DNA of 64,000 nt from Chiloscyllium plagiosum (lineage: Eukaryota), in contig NC_057719.1 of NCBI RefSeq assembly GCF_004010195.1, positions 50,705,008-50,769,007 on the forward strand, read 5' to 3'. The notes beneath the pieces are model-generated. The model was not told where the DNA came from and searched no databases. It was given only the letters and a program-made list of their open reading frames with translations. The stretch's first letter is position 1. Every line of letters starts with the position of its first letter. The translations under genes and the position numbers were made by a program. Below are positions 25,430-39,268 of the stretch, piece by piece.

Positions 25430-26100
25430 GATCTGTTAGGACTGCTGTTGGCCTGAAGGTGAAATGGAAGATCATCCACATCATTGCTACAATCAAGAAA
25501 ACACACTTTCTCAGAAGGCTAAAAAGATTTGGCATGTCCACAATGATTCTTATCAATTTTTATTGATGTACCATAGAAAGCATCCTACCAGATGCATCAC
25601 AGCCAGGTATGCCAACTGCTGTGCCTAAGACTGCAAGAAATTACAGAGAATTGTGAATGCAGCCCAGTCCATTACAAAAAATCAGCCTTTCTTCCATTGA
25701 CTCTACTTCCCGTTGCTTTGGGAAGACAGGAAAACATAATCAAAGACCCCTCCCACCCCTCTTCCACCCTCTTCCATTGGGCAGAAGATACAAAAGTTCA
25801 AAAAGACATACAGACAGATTTAAGAACAGCTAAAAATCTCTCATATTAGAGTTGATCTTTCTCTGCACCATCTCTGGGTGGGTTGCTCTTCAGAGGGTCG
25901 GTGTGGACTGGTTGGGCCGAAGGGCCTGTTTCCACACTGTAGGGAATCTAATCTAATCTCTTTAGCTGTAACATTATCTTCTGCATTCTCTTCTGTCACC
26001 ATGATGTAATCATGTATAGTATGATTTGTCTGGTTGGCATTCAATACAATGTTTTTCACTTTCTTGGTACATGTGGCAATAATAAATCAAATCAAATCAT
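25430..26100 (+). mobile_element. Rex1/Babar-like LINE 3' fragment (HE1/CR1-type tail inserted at about 25876-25958)
   Basis: FLRRLKRFGMS..ILINFY.CTIESIL motif; (caaat)n tail. Confidence 0.75.
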
Positions 26101-26234
26101 CTTCCAGCATATATGCCAATGCTTTCCTTGCTAAAATAATTTCTGAAAAAGGGTCACTGGATCTGAAATGTTAACTCTGTTTTCCCTTCACAGATGCTGC
26201 CTGACTGCTGAGCTTTTCCAGCACTTTGTTTTGT

Positions 26235-27960
26235 TTATATATTTGTTTGGTCTGCCATCTCTTTGTTCCCCATTATAACTTCCATCCTTTCTAATTGGAA
26301 AGGATCTACACTTGTCTTTACTAATCCTTTTCTCTTTACATAATTATAGAGGCTGTTACAATCAGTTTCTATGTTCCCTGAAAGCTTATTCTTCAATTCT
26401 TTCCCCCTCATGTTCAATTCCTTTGGCCTCCTATGCTAAATCTAAACTCTTCCCAATCCTCAGATGTGCTGCTTTTTTTTTAGGTCGATTTGTATTCTCT
26501 TCATTGGATCTTCTTAGTCATAATTGGGTTTCCTTTCCTATTTTTTTTGTGCCAGAAGGAGTGAACAATCATTGCAGTTCCTCCATGTACTCGTCATTGC
26601 CTGTCATCTCTTTAAGTAATATCCCCCCAATTTATCATAGCCAACTCGCACCTTATCCATTGTAATTTCCTTTATTTAGTTCAGGACCCTTGGCTCAGAA
26701 TCAGTTAAGCCACTCACCCACCTTAATGAAGACTTTTAGAATATTATGATCACTGTTCCCCAAGGAGCCTCTCACAGCTCCCTACCTACGAACAACATAT
26801 CATCTTCCACTTCGGAACCTTGCAGCCCTAAGGGATCAATATTGAGTACCTTCTTCTTTTACCCAGCCCACATTCCAGGCTTTGTCATAACATGGATTTC
26901 TTTCAGCGCATCCATCTCATTTTCACCCCTCATTGTCCCCATTATCACTAATCTAAGTTTACATTATCCATGGCTTGCTATCACCAATCCCTTCGTTTAA
27001 CTTTCTTTCTTTCTCTCTCCCTAGGCTCCACCTCCACCCGTCTTCCTTAATCTGCTCATATCAGTATGAATATCACTGTTCCTTATTGCTATCAATTCTG
27101 ATCAAGGGTCACTGGACTTGTTTTCTCTCAAAAATGCTGCCAGACCTGCTGAGTTTCTACAGAAGTAGCTGTTTTTGTTTCAAGTCTCCAGTATTCATAG
27201 GTTCTTGTTGTAATTTTTTTGGCTTCAATTGCTTTCTGTGTTAGTAAATTTCACAGACTCACCACTCTATGGGTGAAGAAATTTCTCCTCATCTCAGTCT
27301 TAAATGCTTTACTACATCTCCTTTAGCTATTGATCCCTCGTTCTGGATTTCCCTGGTATCAGTAACATCCTTCACGTATCTACCTTGCCTAGTCTTTAGA
27401 ATTTTACAGGTTTCTACAAAATCTCCCCCCCAATCCTTCTAAATGCAGGCAAATACAATCGTACCCAATTCAACAACATCACATACATCAGTCTCACTAT
27501 GCCAGGGTAAGACTTTGCTGCACTTTCTTTGTAGGAGGAGCATCCTTTCTCAGATAATGAGACCAATAATATGCCCAATATTCTAGGTGTGGTCTCACTG
27601 AAGCCCTGTATAATTGTGGCAAGACATCCCTGCTCTTATAATGGAGTTTTCTCACTGTGAAGGCTAACAAACCCTTTTCATTCGTCACCACTTGCAGCAC
27701 CTGCATACCTATCTTCAGTGACCAGAGTACAAGGACGCATAGATCTTAATGCAAACTCTGCCCTCTCAACTTCTCGCCATTCAGACGATAATCTGCTTTC
27801 CTGGTTTTGCTACCAAGGTAGATAGCCTCACATTTATTCACGTTATACTGCATCTGCCATGCATTTACCCATCTCACTCAACTTGTCAAATTTACACTGA
27901 AGAGTCCCTACATCCTCTTCAGTGCACCATCCACACAGCTTTAAGTCATTTGCAAATGAT
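26235..27960 (-). mobile_element. Rearranged CR1 fragments with a + strand PLE end inserted at about 26775-27195
   Basis: LYNYVKRK..., LYRASVRPHLEY. Insert reads EQHIIFHFGTLQP.GINIE followed by a pseudo-LTR. Confidence 0.75.
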
Positions 27961-27969
27961 CCCAGATTA

Positions 27970-28820
27970 TGTTATTTCAGGACAAAGAAGGGCTCAGACT
28001 GAAATTCGGCTTTTTATTAACAACACAATGGTCCTTCACTGGAACACAACTATACATTGTTGCTGATTTTGTTTTAACAACAAAATAGAAGTTTATTAAC
28101 CAAAAGAAATGAAGATAAAATAGAATAATTACTTTCAACATATATTCAAACTATTTAAAACACACAGTAAAAGTACAATGCCAAAACACTCCAATTCAAA
28201 ATGCCAAAACAATTCAAAAACATTATAAACCCCTAAACAGTATCCAACAGTAAATCTTACACCATATTTATACTAGAATTCCTTTCTTGAATAGCTCTAT
28301 ACATTTAAAATAACTGTGAGTTTAACTTGTGGACTGGAAACACAGCCCCTTCCTGGAGTTATCATGCACCTGAGTTTAAATAAACTCAGCAGTCCTCTTC
28401 AAGATTTTATCCCAACACTTATCAGGGATTATCACCAACCCGTTAGTCTAAAATAATCTAGTTTTACTCTCTTCTGCTCTCCTCAGGAGCACTACTATTT
28501 ACTTGCATCCTCATAGAACTGCCCAAAACCAAGTAAAACTGACACAAAAATCTCTCTCTCTCAGTTTTGGGTATTTCTCTTAAGCTTAAAAATAACACCC
28601 AGTCTAGAGATTTCTAAAAGACTTTAAAGCACAATGCCTTGCGAGAATAAACACAAACGCATTTGGTTATTAAGACCCCCACAAACTGTGTTAAAAGCAA
28701 TTGCCATGGCTGTAGAAATGCTTATAAGCTAATTATTAACTTCAGGCACACAGAAAACCTACATATTATGATCCAATAATTCAAAACCCAAGCTTTAAAT
28801 AACTGATATTACACTCACAC
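27970..28820 (-). mobile_element. Probable solo LTR
   Basis: Begins TGTTA, has LTR-like A/C-rich composition, minus-strand AATAAA motifs at about 28014 and 28092. Right end and TSD uncertain. Confidence 0.4.
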
Positions 28821-29799
28821 AATGTATCTTCTTGTGTATGTGTTCCCAAATTTTACTCCTAAAAGTTCTGGTCCAAAATTTATATTCATCACCCAACAAA
28901 GGATCCTAGATCCCTAACCCCTGGAAATGTTACTTCCCTTACTTTTCCACATAAACTCCTGGTTGCCACTGGTTCAATAACAAAAGAATATAGTCCATAA
29001 AGGACATTAATTGCCCATTTTGATGTCTCAATTGCAGCAAGGTGACAAGGCCATCAAGTATTAAGTTAGCTTTCTCCCTCAGATTTTTCAGCTGGCTTAA
29101 ATGTCCGTTGTCAGTAAATCCACGATGGAGGTGGATTTAAATGCATTCCCAGCTATCATTCTGGTAAAACTGTGCTGCAGTTTGAGGTGTGGTACCCAGA
29201 ATTGTTTGCAGTACTGCACATTGGCATAAATAGACCCTTGTATAATTGAAGCATGACCTCTACTCCTTTGTATTCTCAGTGCATTATATAAAAGTCCGTA
29301 TTCTATGGCCTTTAATTGTTTTCCATACTAGTATTTTAATAATGCATGAGCCCAAATCACTTCAGAATTCCACTGTCTCTAGTTTGTCATGATTTATAAG
29401 GCAACTTGTTCAATGCTTTTTAGGTTCAATGCCAATGACCTCATTAGGCTACATTAAAGTCCATTTTTGTCTATTCACTTAATTTATCAATATCACAGTA
29501 ATTTTATGCTTCCAACTACATTGCTTAAAATGTTGTCTAAGTTCTAGAAGCTCTGGTCACAATCTTCCAAATGTTCTCTGATATTTCAAGGGGACTGAAG
29601 TATTGCAGCTTTGTACCTGTCTACTCTTTCTCCAACTTGGGACTGTCTTTGATCAGTTCCAGTCATAGCCAGAATATCTCTTGTAATGGCTTCTTTTCCT
29701 ATTAAACCATTGCCATAGGGAATTCCAAGCTATGTTTTTCTCTCTCCTGTCGTCCATCTACGTTTTCCCTCTGGATGACATTACCCAAAGAGCCAATGT

Positions 29800-30200
29800 T
29801 ACTTGTGCATATTCGCTGACAACATTGAGCTGTACTTGTTTTCTAACCTTTGGTCCATAGCTGCCTTTGTGTTTTAACACATGTCTTTATTTGTAACAAG
29901 TCTGCTCTCCTATCACTGCTGTGTTATTAACCCACATTAGCTTCCCCCTCAGGCAATTCTGAAATTCTCATCTTTGCTTAAATTCTTCATGGTTACACAC
30001 CCTCCATCTGTCATATCTTTCAGGCCCACTACATTTCAAGATCTCTCTGCTCCCATAACTTTAACACCTTGTGCATTTCCAGTTTTTCATCAGCTCACCT
30101 AATTTTATCTTGTGTAACTCAGTGTCACGCTTTGCTTTGCAATGCTTCTGCGGAACATATTGGGATATTTAATTACGTGAAAGGCGCTGTATAAATATCG
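29800..30200 (+). mobile_element. Ancient L2-like LINE 3' fragment
   Basis: Ends in gtgaaaggcgctgtataaat, an L2-type tail; strongly decayed. Confidence 0.5.
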
Positions 30201-31489
30201 GTCTAGGTAATCTGACAACTGGCATTGGATAAGCTGCAATTTCATCACCCAACCATGAAAAAGTCCAACTCCATGTCACTGATTTTGTTTGTTCAGAAGT
30301 TTCTTTGGATAAAGCAGATAAGTTTTTTCAACTTTTGTATTCTATTTGACCCTGAAGTGGACTTCCAGCCCCATGTCCTCATCACCAGGATTGCTTATTC
30401 ACACTTTGTTAATATCACTTGTCTCTGTTTAACTGTTATCTATAATTCAACCTATCTAATGTTGGCACTCTTATCAATGTATCTATCACCTCCAGACTAG
30501 ACAATTACAGCATTTTCCTGGCTGGCTTCCAATCCTACACTGACCATGAACTTCAGTACTCTGCTACTTGAATCTGAATCACAATCTGTTTTCCTATACA
30601 GATCATGAAAATTGTGAAACTTACTGAAAGTTAAATGCAGCTTCTATCTTGAAATAAAGTATCGGAATTTATTTTCTTTTAATTAATTGACAACTAAACG
30701 AGCATTTCTAACTCCATGTCTCATTGCTCCAATGGGTTTTTGTTTTAGCCAAAACAGTAGCTTCCTTTTTTTCATTCTTGCCAAGAAGATTATTAAGATT
30801 AAAGTTACTCACTTGTGTAGAAGGACGATGTCAAGTTACTTGTGCATAATGTGTTGAGGATTATTCATGTGCTCCTTGTGCAGCTCTTTTAAAAACTCAC
30901 TTCTGGAAATATTTTTACATTCCATTATTCATTGACTAGTCTATATTTGTGGGGTTTAAAGATTCCAGAACCAGGTGCTGCTATTACTAATCATTATACA
31001 GAAAGGATCCTGCAGGTATTGTGCCATTATGCATTGGTTGATACTGAGACATCTCCAGTGGTGTTTGATCAAAAACAAAATTGTTTTAATGGGGCAGTAA
31101 AACAAAATAACATCTGTTTTAAAAATAAATTGGATATAGTCTACTGACACACCCCAGAATCCTAAATATTATTATAAAAGTAATTACACATTTATCAGTC
31201 TAGCTCAATCACGTTCAGTTACCTTATTGATGCCTTTGAGCAATTAAGTGGAGGTATAAAGTTCAGCTTCAATGAGATTCTGAATAGTGAGTGCTGCTTT
31301 TGATCTTTTGATATGTCTGAGATTTCACTTTGCCATATCTGCTCCTAGTTTATCTCTGTCAAGCAGCACTAAATTATAAAAGCCAGAAAGAATGGCAATT
31401 CGGGGAAAAATAGTTGTCTGATAATTGTCCAGGCTAGGTTAGATAGGAATGCAGTGGGTGGGAGATTAGTCAGGAATGGAGAGCTGGAG

Positions 31490-31680
31490 TGCGGTTAGCT
31501 CAGTTAGCTAGACAGCTAGCTTGTGTTTCAGAATAACACCTATAGTGGGTTTGATTCCGATTCTAGCTGATGTAGAATTGAGGCCTTCCCCATCATCCTA
31601 CCCTGCAAATTGTCAGGGCATAAGCCAAGGCTTGGTGATCTTTAAATGATCAATGATACTACCTGGCCAATGAGGTGGGA
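31490..31680 (+). mobile_element. tRNA-derived SINE
   Basis: A-box ttagctcagttagc and B-box gggtttgattcc. Confidence 0.5.
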
Positions 31681-31999
31681 ATAGGACAGATGTAGGGAAC
31701 AGGATTGACTATATGCATTGTAATTGCATTTTGTTTTTAACTTTTCCATATCTCAGTCTTCCACTGAAAAGAGGTAATCTTAGAGCAGAGGAAGTGTCCA
31801 TCACACTTAATCCACTGATGGAACTCAATCGACTGAGAACTTTAGCATTTTCAAGTGGAAACATTTATAGTCTATGACCTATGCTATTTGAATTCGTGAT
31901 AACTTAAAAGTTTGCCTCAGTGCTCCTTCTGATTTTTTCCAGTATTTTAGGCGTAGTTATTAGGTAACTTTATATGTAATTAAAATATATTTTTGTCAG

Positions 32000-32242
32000 A
32001 TGTCATTCAAGCCCACTTTCAGGGACTGAATGTTAATGCAGGAGAACTGAGGGAGTTCTGCACTGACTTCCAGATTGGCTTTCAGATGAACCATTGAGCT
32101 GAAATCCATGTGCCATGGAAGAGCCGAGAACACAACATTAAAGAGCCTATAGCACTGTTTAAAAAAAAAATGGAGTTCCCTTATTGTCCTCAGTAACTCT
32201 TAATCCCTCAGTCAGTACGACCAAAAAAATAATTTGGTCATT
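32000..32242 (+). mobile_element. Deu-domain SINE split by an LTR-like insertion (resumes at about 33186)
   Basis: ttcaagcccact, ctgcactg...ctttcagatga, atccctca...tggtcatt | atcaca. Confidence 0.55.
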
Positions 32243-33185
32243 TTAGACCTACCTGGGCACATGGTAGTGGCTGTTTTTCTGTTCTTCATGTTCAAAATGC
32301 TTGTTATCTTTGGCTATGTTAAAAACTGGAAAATATTGAATTATTTGGACATTTTCTGGATTGAAAATGTTTTACTAAGTAGCATTTACTCTGAAATGAA
32401 GTCAACATTTAGTGTGTACTGTTTGCAAAAGGTCAGGTGACTTTGAAAAAAGACAAGGAGGCTTTTAAGGAGGTAAAGTATGAAGTTCATGCCCTGTATT
32501 TGCTGGAAAACCTAGCTTTGAAAGGACTCTTGAGGCCTCTATGCTAATGGTTTCTTAACTCTTTCTGGAGTTAGTTTTTCGTTTTTCAGACTTGAGTGGT
32601 CAATAAGCATTGCAAATGGTCAGTAAGAGCTGCAAGTCTCTCTCTTGCTCTGTTTCTTTCTCAGCAGAAGTTTCTGAGGACCTGATAAAGTTTCCAAATA
32701 ACTGTATTTCTGACTACCTTTATAAACCCTGAAATGCTGAATAGTGGCCACTTTCCAAAGACTCAGATCCAGCTTAATTTCAATGTGAACTGAAGATCTT
32801 CCATTGATCTATGGCTGTCAGCAATTTGATTTTTTTCAACAAGAAAACCGGTAGACTATGAGGAACCTTTTGTTTTGTTTTTGTTGACCAACAAGAGCAT
32901 TTATTCTTTTACCCTTTTTCTTTTTAAATAAAATCATATGTGAGAGACTTGTGTGTGTGACTGTATGGGATTAAGTGGATATATTCTAATTCTGGATTAT
33001 AATTTAGGTGTTAACCAGTTTGTCACTTGTTTTAAGAATAAGCTTTGTTTTGTGATAAATGTATTGTATTGAATTCACTGAAGAAGCCTGGTGGAAGTTT
33101 TTTTATTTAAGATAGAAGTACACAAAAAGAATGGCGCGACCGGTGGGGATTGATTACGTGCATTTCTCCCATCACAGTAATAACA
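32243..33185 (+). mobile_element. Probable solo LTR
   Basis: Separates the two halves of a SINE; ends ...cagtaataaca; contains AATAAA at about 32927. Confidence 0.5.
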
Positions 33186-34339
33186 ATCACAGTTATACTT
33201 CAATGATTTGCCCTGTCAAGGAGGAAATTTGGATATCATAAATTTATGAAAACTATGCTATGTACACAAGTTTGTGCTTTCTCTCAGTTTTTATTATTTT
33301 AAGAAGTTTTCACTGTAGCAAGATAGAGGCAGGCTCAGTTAATGGAAATTTCCTTTGAATCAACAAGTTCAGCAATACAATTTAGTTTTCTTTCTGCTTA
33401 AGTTTAACAAAATACAAACAATATATTTAGACAGAGGTGACAATTGACATAACAATATGATAATGTTTCACTGTGCTTATACTAATGGTAAACTCAAAAA
33501 ATCAAATAGTTCTCAGGGTGACAATCCTCATGAAACAGATCCATATTGCACAGTACTGAAATTCTTTGTGTTTGGTCTGCATTCAGTAAAGTTTCTCAGT
33601 CTGCATCCTACACAAAGTATGAATCAATGCATTCTGTGTATATTGCTGAAGTTGGCAGTATACTGCAGTTCAGCGACCTTCTTTGCATTTCTTGCGACTG
33701 CATCACAAAGTTTTGCAATTGCTTACAGCACAGACTCCTGTATATCTAAAAGATTGGACTAGATCGACAAGGTATCAGAACTTGTGTCATCAGGAATCCC
33801 TTCAGAATGCTGTACCTTCCTCTGAGAAAATTATTTCAAGGATGTTAATTAATTCAGACCCTGTCACAGACAGTATGTTGGAAAATCCTGAATACACTGC
33901 ATAATTCAATCTAACTATCTGACCACAGTTGCAAGTGACTTGACGTGATCAATGACAACCATGTTTTCAACCAGATTAATTTCATAGGTCAGTGCAACAT
34001 CAAGGGCCGAAGGGCCTGTACTTAACTGTAACGTTCTATGTTCAACCCTAATGGATCAATTGAGAACCCACAACCAATGGAGACTGTTTGGATCCTCTTA
34101 GTAGAGTTGGAAGAACATTTAAATGAATATGTTGGCAAAGCAGAGAATTTCTTTTCACAACTTACCTACCTTAATCAGTGAGCTGTGTCAAAGTTGAACA
34201 CAGTTGCAGCTTTTTTCTAATGCCACTCAATATTCCTGGGAACTATAAATTATAGCATGCCCCCAGGTTTCTTGACCTAAAGGTTTCCATCCAGGATACT
34301 TTTGAGCCTCCAAATCATGTTAATGGCTGGTCAGGCATT

Positions 34340-36225
34340 ATTCTGATATTTGATTCTTAGGGTTACACAATGTTCCATACCATGCACTACTTCTCAGATA
34401 GTGAAGCAGTCCATGTCCATACAGCGCAAAATTTAGACAACAACCAGGCTTGGCTGATAACTGGCAAATAACATTTGTGTCATGGAGTGTCAGGTAATGA
34501 CCATCTCCAACAATTGGGAATCTAAGCATAACCCTTTGACATTCAGTGACTCTACTATCACCGAATCCCTCATTATCAACATAATTGGGATAGCAATGGC
34601 CAGAAATTGAAACAGACCAACTGTAATTCTTAGGGGAGTTGACCAGATGGATGCAGAAAGATTGTTCCCCTTATTGGAGACCTGGGAATCGATGGAATTA
34701 TCTCAGTAAGGGGTTATAGAGTAACAGAGTCATCGAGATGTACAGCATAGAAACAAACCATTCGGTCCAACTCGTCCATGCCGACCAGATATCCCAACTC
34801 AATCTATTCCCAGCTGCCAGCACCCAGCCTATATCCCTCCAAACATTACTATTCATTTACCCATCCAGACGCATTTTCAATGTTGCAATCGTGCGAGCCT
34901 CCACCACTTCTTCTGGCAGCTCATTCCATACACGTACCACCCTTTGTGTGAAAGACAGAGATGAGGAGGAATTTCTTCTCTCAGTGGTTAGTGAGTCTGT
35001 GGAATCATTTAATGAGTGTGCTGTGGATGCCAGATTGTTCAGCGTATTCAAGCTGAGGCAGACGAATTTTTAATCAGTAATGAAATCAAGGATAGTGATG
35101 CCATCGGCAAGAAAGTGGAATTGAAGATTGAGATCAGCTATGATCTTGTTGAATGGCAGAGCAGACCCAATGGTTTGAATGTCATTCTACTCCTATGGCT
35201 TATCGTTGTGTGAACATACTGTGACTGCAAGAGCAACTCAGAGACTAGGGATTCTGCAATGAGTAACTTGATTCCTGTCTCCTCAGTGCCTGCCCACCAT
35301 CTGACATAATACAATTCGTGAGTAAAATGGAAACTCTTCAATTGCCCAAATGAGTGCGGCTTCAGCAATGCTTAAGCACCTCAACATGATTCAGGACAAA
35401 ACATCCCACTTGATTGTTTGCCCATCCATCACCTTCAAAGCTCATTCCTTTTACTAGCGACGCATGGTAGCAGCAGATGAATTCTGTTAGCTCAGCAAAC
35501 CTCCTTTACCACATGATCAGATTTCTTCTTTATCATCAGCACCTTCTAAATCCATTACATCTACCGTCCAGAAAGCCAAGGGAAAACACACTTCCTGCAA
35601 GATTCCCTCCAAGCCTCTCAAGCATTTTGAATTGGAACCATACCGCTGAATAAAATCCCTGGAATTCCCATTCTGACAGTACTGTGGGTGTTCCTACATC
35701 CAAAGAACTGCAGCCATTGAAGAGCATTTTTGAAAAGTGTGATGCCGGAAAAGCACAGCAGGTCAGGAAGCATCCAAGGAGCAGGAGAGTTAACATTCTG
35801 GGCACAAGCCCTTCATCAGGAATCTGTGGAAATAAAGCAGAGTTAATGTTTCAGGGCTAGTGACTGTTCTTCAGAACTAACTTTTGAAGGAGGGTCACTG
35901 GACCCAAAGCACTAAGACTAAGGTGGGGGAGAGAGGGCAGAAGTTTAGGGTGAGAGGGGAAAGATATAAAAGAGACCTAAGGGGCAACTTTTTCACGCAG
36001 AGGGTATTAGGTGTATGGAATGATCTGCCAGAGGAAGTGGTAGAGGCGAGTACAACTGCAACATTTAAAAGGCATCTGGATGGGTATATGAATAGGAAGG
36101 GTTTGGAGGGATATGGGCTGGGTGCTGGCAGGTGGGACTAGATTGGGTTGGGATATCTGGTCAGCATAGATGATTTGGACCAAATGGTCTGTTTCCATGT
36201 TGTACATCTCTGTGACTCTATAACA
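34340..36225. mobile_element. Cluster of nested CR1 and CR1-like fragments and PLE ends
   Basis: Family B LINE text at 34340-34620 and 35200-35730; CR1 3' ends at 34715-34950 (-) and 35920-36220 (+); PLE tails at 35730-35900. Confidence 0.75.
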
Positions 36226-36669
36226 TCTCTCTGTTAACTAAGTTCTAATGCCACGTATTTGTTGAAAGATGCTTTCCTTGGTTTTCAGAGAACTTACAAA
36301 ATGACTACCACAGTAAAGCTCACTTCGATCTCACCTTTGCCAGTGCATATTTTTCGGAGTCTTTAGATTGCTGTGATATGCCATTCTTTGATCAGTGAAC
36401 ATCTCTTTCTGTGTTCGGTGGTAGCTTGTAGAGAATATGCGTCCTTTTCTGACTGCACCAACTACCACCTTTTTTCTCAGAGAGACCTCTCTCTCATTCT
36501 CTCTTTCTGTCCAGAAAAAGCTATGATGACATGATTCTACCAATTATTATTGCTAGATATATCACAATAATGTTCAAATTGAGAGTGTATACAAAGCAGT
36601 ATTGTCCAGGTATAATGGCTGTATCCAATAATCCCTTAAGTATTGATCCAAATACTGTTGTTGTTGTTG

Positions 36670-37005
36670 GAAGCACTTAAGTGATACCCTCAAGGTCTCA
36701 CTGGTGAAGTGCTGCATTCCCAATTCCCACAGACACCTGGGAATTACTGGCCCATGACCATATCAAGTAGAGGAGCATCGTCCAGGAAGGCATTGAGCAC
36801 TTTGAGACTTGCTATTGGGAAAAAGCTAAAGCCAGGTGAAAACAGCGAAAGGAGTGTGCTGCCACACCAAAGACACTGCCACCCCTTCCTGCACCCACCT
36901 TTTACCCCAAGTATAACAGAGCCTATGGTAGCCGCATTAGTTTGTACTGCCACTGATGGACTCACCCTGAGAGTAGGAGAGTCATCCTTGTCTGTGAGGA
37001 ACTAT
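36670..37005 (+). mobile_element. RTE-like LINE 3' fragment
   Basis: SDTLKVSLVKC..IPTDTWELLAHD...EG..HFE and GSRI.L..H..TH, RTE C-terminal motifs, frameshifted. Confidence 0.6.
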
Positions 37006-37092
37006 CAATCAATGTTAAAATATGCAGAAGGGAAAGAATTAAGAAGTAATAAATCTTCAACTATCTGTTTATTCCAGGATCACCTGCAGTGG

Positions 37093-37630
37093 TAAACAAA
37101 AACAGAAATTGCTGGTAAAGATGGGCAGGTCTGGCAGTATCTGTGGAGAGAAATCAGAGTTAAAGTTTCAGATCTAGTGACCCTTCCTTGGAACTGATGG
37201 TAGTTAGATAAATGTCAGTTTTTATGCAGAAGATAGGGTGAGGGGAGGGGGTAAGGAGTAAATGAGAGGTGATTGGGCAAAGAGCCCAAAAAGAGAGAAC
37301 AACAGTTGGACAGACAAAGGAGTGGATAACGATCCAGCTTGGAGGGTGAATAGCTGTTAATGGAGACTGTAAGTGGCTAACAATGGGTTGTGTGTCATAG
37401 CAGACTATGTGATCACAAGGATTGGTGTATGTGGGATAGGGGCTAGGACATAGAAGTGTTCAAGCTCTAAAGTTATTGAACTCGATATTGAGTCTGGAGG
37501 GCTGCAGGGTCCGTGGATGGATGTGTAAAGAGATTGCACGTCCATGGTGAAGAGGAGGCGTCAGGAGCCTGCAAACTGGAAATTCCAAAACTGGCATAAA
37601 GCATCAGAGGAATCATGGATGTAAGTGGAC
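37093..37630 (-). mobile_element. Internally deleted Penelope-like element
   Basis: Pseudo-LTR plus RT piece LFTMDVQSLYTSI on the - strand (about 37515-37560). Confidence 0.75.
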
Positions 37631-37904
37631 AGGACCCCTATAATAATATAATGTTGGGTGATTAATGTCACATTCTTGGGCAGTGTTTGATTTGACTTAT
37701 TTATTGTTATGTGTATTTGTAATATATTCAGCAATCTTATAGGTGGGAATGGCAGGCTATATTCAGCACAACCTATTCAGAAAGTATTGCTAGTTTAAGA
37801 CCTATGCATTTCTGATATAGATTGAATTATTTAACCAGTTGTGAATTCATTCTCCTGATGTGACCGGAGATAAAATATTCATCAGCTGGGTATGTAGGAA
37901 ACAA

Positions 37905-38038
37905 GGAGGAAAGTGAGGACTGCAGATACTGGAGATCAGAGTCGAAGAGTGTGGTGCTGGAAAGGCACAGCTGGTCAGGCAGCATCGAAGGATTAGGAGA
38001 GTCGACGTAACAGGTATAAGCCCTTCATCAGGAATACG
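37905..38038 (-). mobile_element. Short Penelope family A end insertion with 13-bp TSD
   Basis: atgtaggaaacaa (37892-37904) and atgtcggaaacaa (38039-38051); terminates just past the hammerhead 5' arm (cttcatcaggaat). Confidence 0.8.
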
Positions 38039-38329
38039 ATGTCGGAAACAAAACATTTACGATTGCAAAGTGTAAGTTTTACAGAATGAGGGTGAGAATA
38101 GTAAACTGGATTAAAACTTGGTGTGAAAATGAAAACAGCCGGAGATAGAATTAAGAACAACTTTTCAAAGTGTTTAGAAGTGTGTACTAATGTTGCCTTT
38201 CTGTGGGACTATTTCTTTTCAATTTATATATCAATTATGTGGATGTACTGTTGCCCAGAGGGAGTGGTGTCAATACTTTCAAATGGAGAGCTCATTGATT
38301 CTTTAGAAGACCCAAGGAAGTAATCGAGT

Positions 38330-38500
38330 TATATAGCGTGGAAACAGACTCTTCGGTCCAACTTTTCCACGCTGACCACATATGCTAAACTGATCTAGTC
38401 CCATTTCCCAGCATTTGACCTGTATCCCTTCCTATTCACTTACCCGTCGAGTTGCCTTTTAAATGTTGTAATGGAACCCACCTCCGCCACCTCCTCTTGC
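38330..38500 (-). mobile_element. CR1 3' end within an older CR1 relic (about 38050-39100)
   Basis: gaaacagactcttcggtccaac...ttttaaatgttgta, typical reverse tail. Confidence 0.7.
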
Positions 38501-39268
38501 AGTTATTCTGATAAAAGGTGGGTTAAAGTAGCAGATGGAATTAAAAAACAATGTGTTTGAGTGCATGCATTTGGTTAAAAAATGCACTGCGGTAATTATG
38601 CTATGAATGAAAATAGATCTACTACTTTGTAAGAACATTAAAATCTATACCACAGTTCCACAGGATATTAAAGTTGATGCCTCAAGTTGATACGGTTGAA
38701 CTTTTAGAAAATGGAATGAAAAATTTTAATTTGACATGTCAAATATAAAAGCCAAGAAGCAACAATGAGTCTGTATAAAGCTTTGGACCTCAAATGGAAA
38801 ACTATATGGGAAGAACCACTCTGTGCTATATACAAAGGACATTGGAGGTTTAGAAAGTGTGCAGATTCACTGGGAGAGTGTCAGATTGAAAAAATACAAA
38901 TAAAAATCAAGATTTAGAGGGGAAAAAAAAATTTGCTTATGTAGAGGTAAATAGTCTGAAATAGTTTTCAAATATTATAACTGGAAAATTAAACAGTGAG
39001 TTTTGAAAATGCATTTAACAGTACTCTAGTAATTAAAACTATTGAGGGCTCTAACTTAATCTGAGATCATTTTTTGAAAACATTTCTCTTAACTGTTGCG
39101 TAAATATCATGTGTAATAAAATGTTGATAATGTTTAAATATCAGAATATTTAAACACTTTGTGCAGAATCAGTTTTGTTAAAAATAAGACTGAAATTATG
39201 AATGATTATATTTGTTTCTCTTTCCCTAAAACTTCTTTCTTATCCATAATTTTTTTATTCCTATTTAG

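Noticed and set aside
33670..33904. Protein-like ORF (HFLRLHHKVLQLL...) with a possible AG/GT pair
   Set aside because: Weak polypyrimidine tract, phase incompatible with the phase-0 intron, and no recognisable homology.
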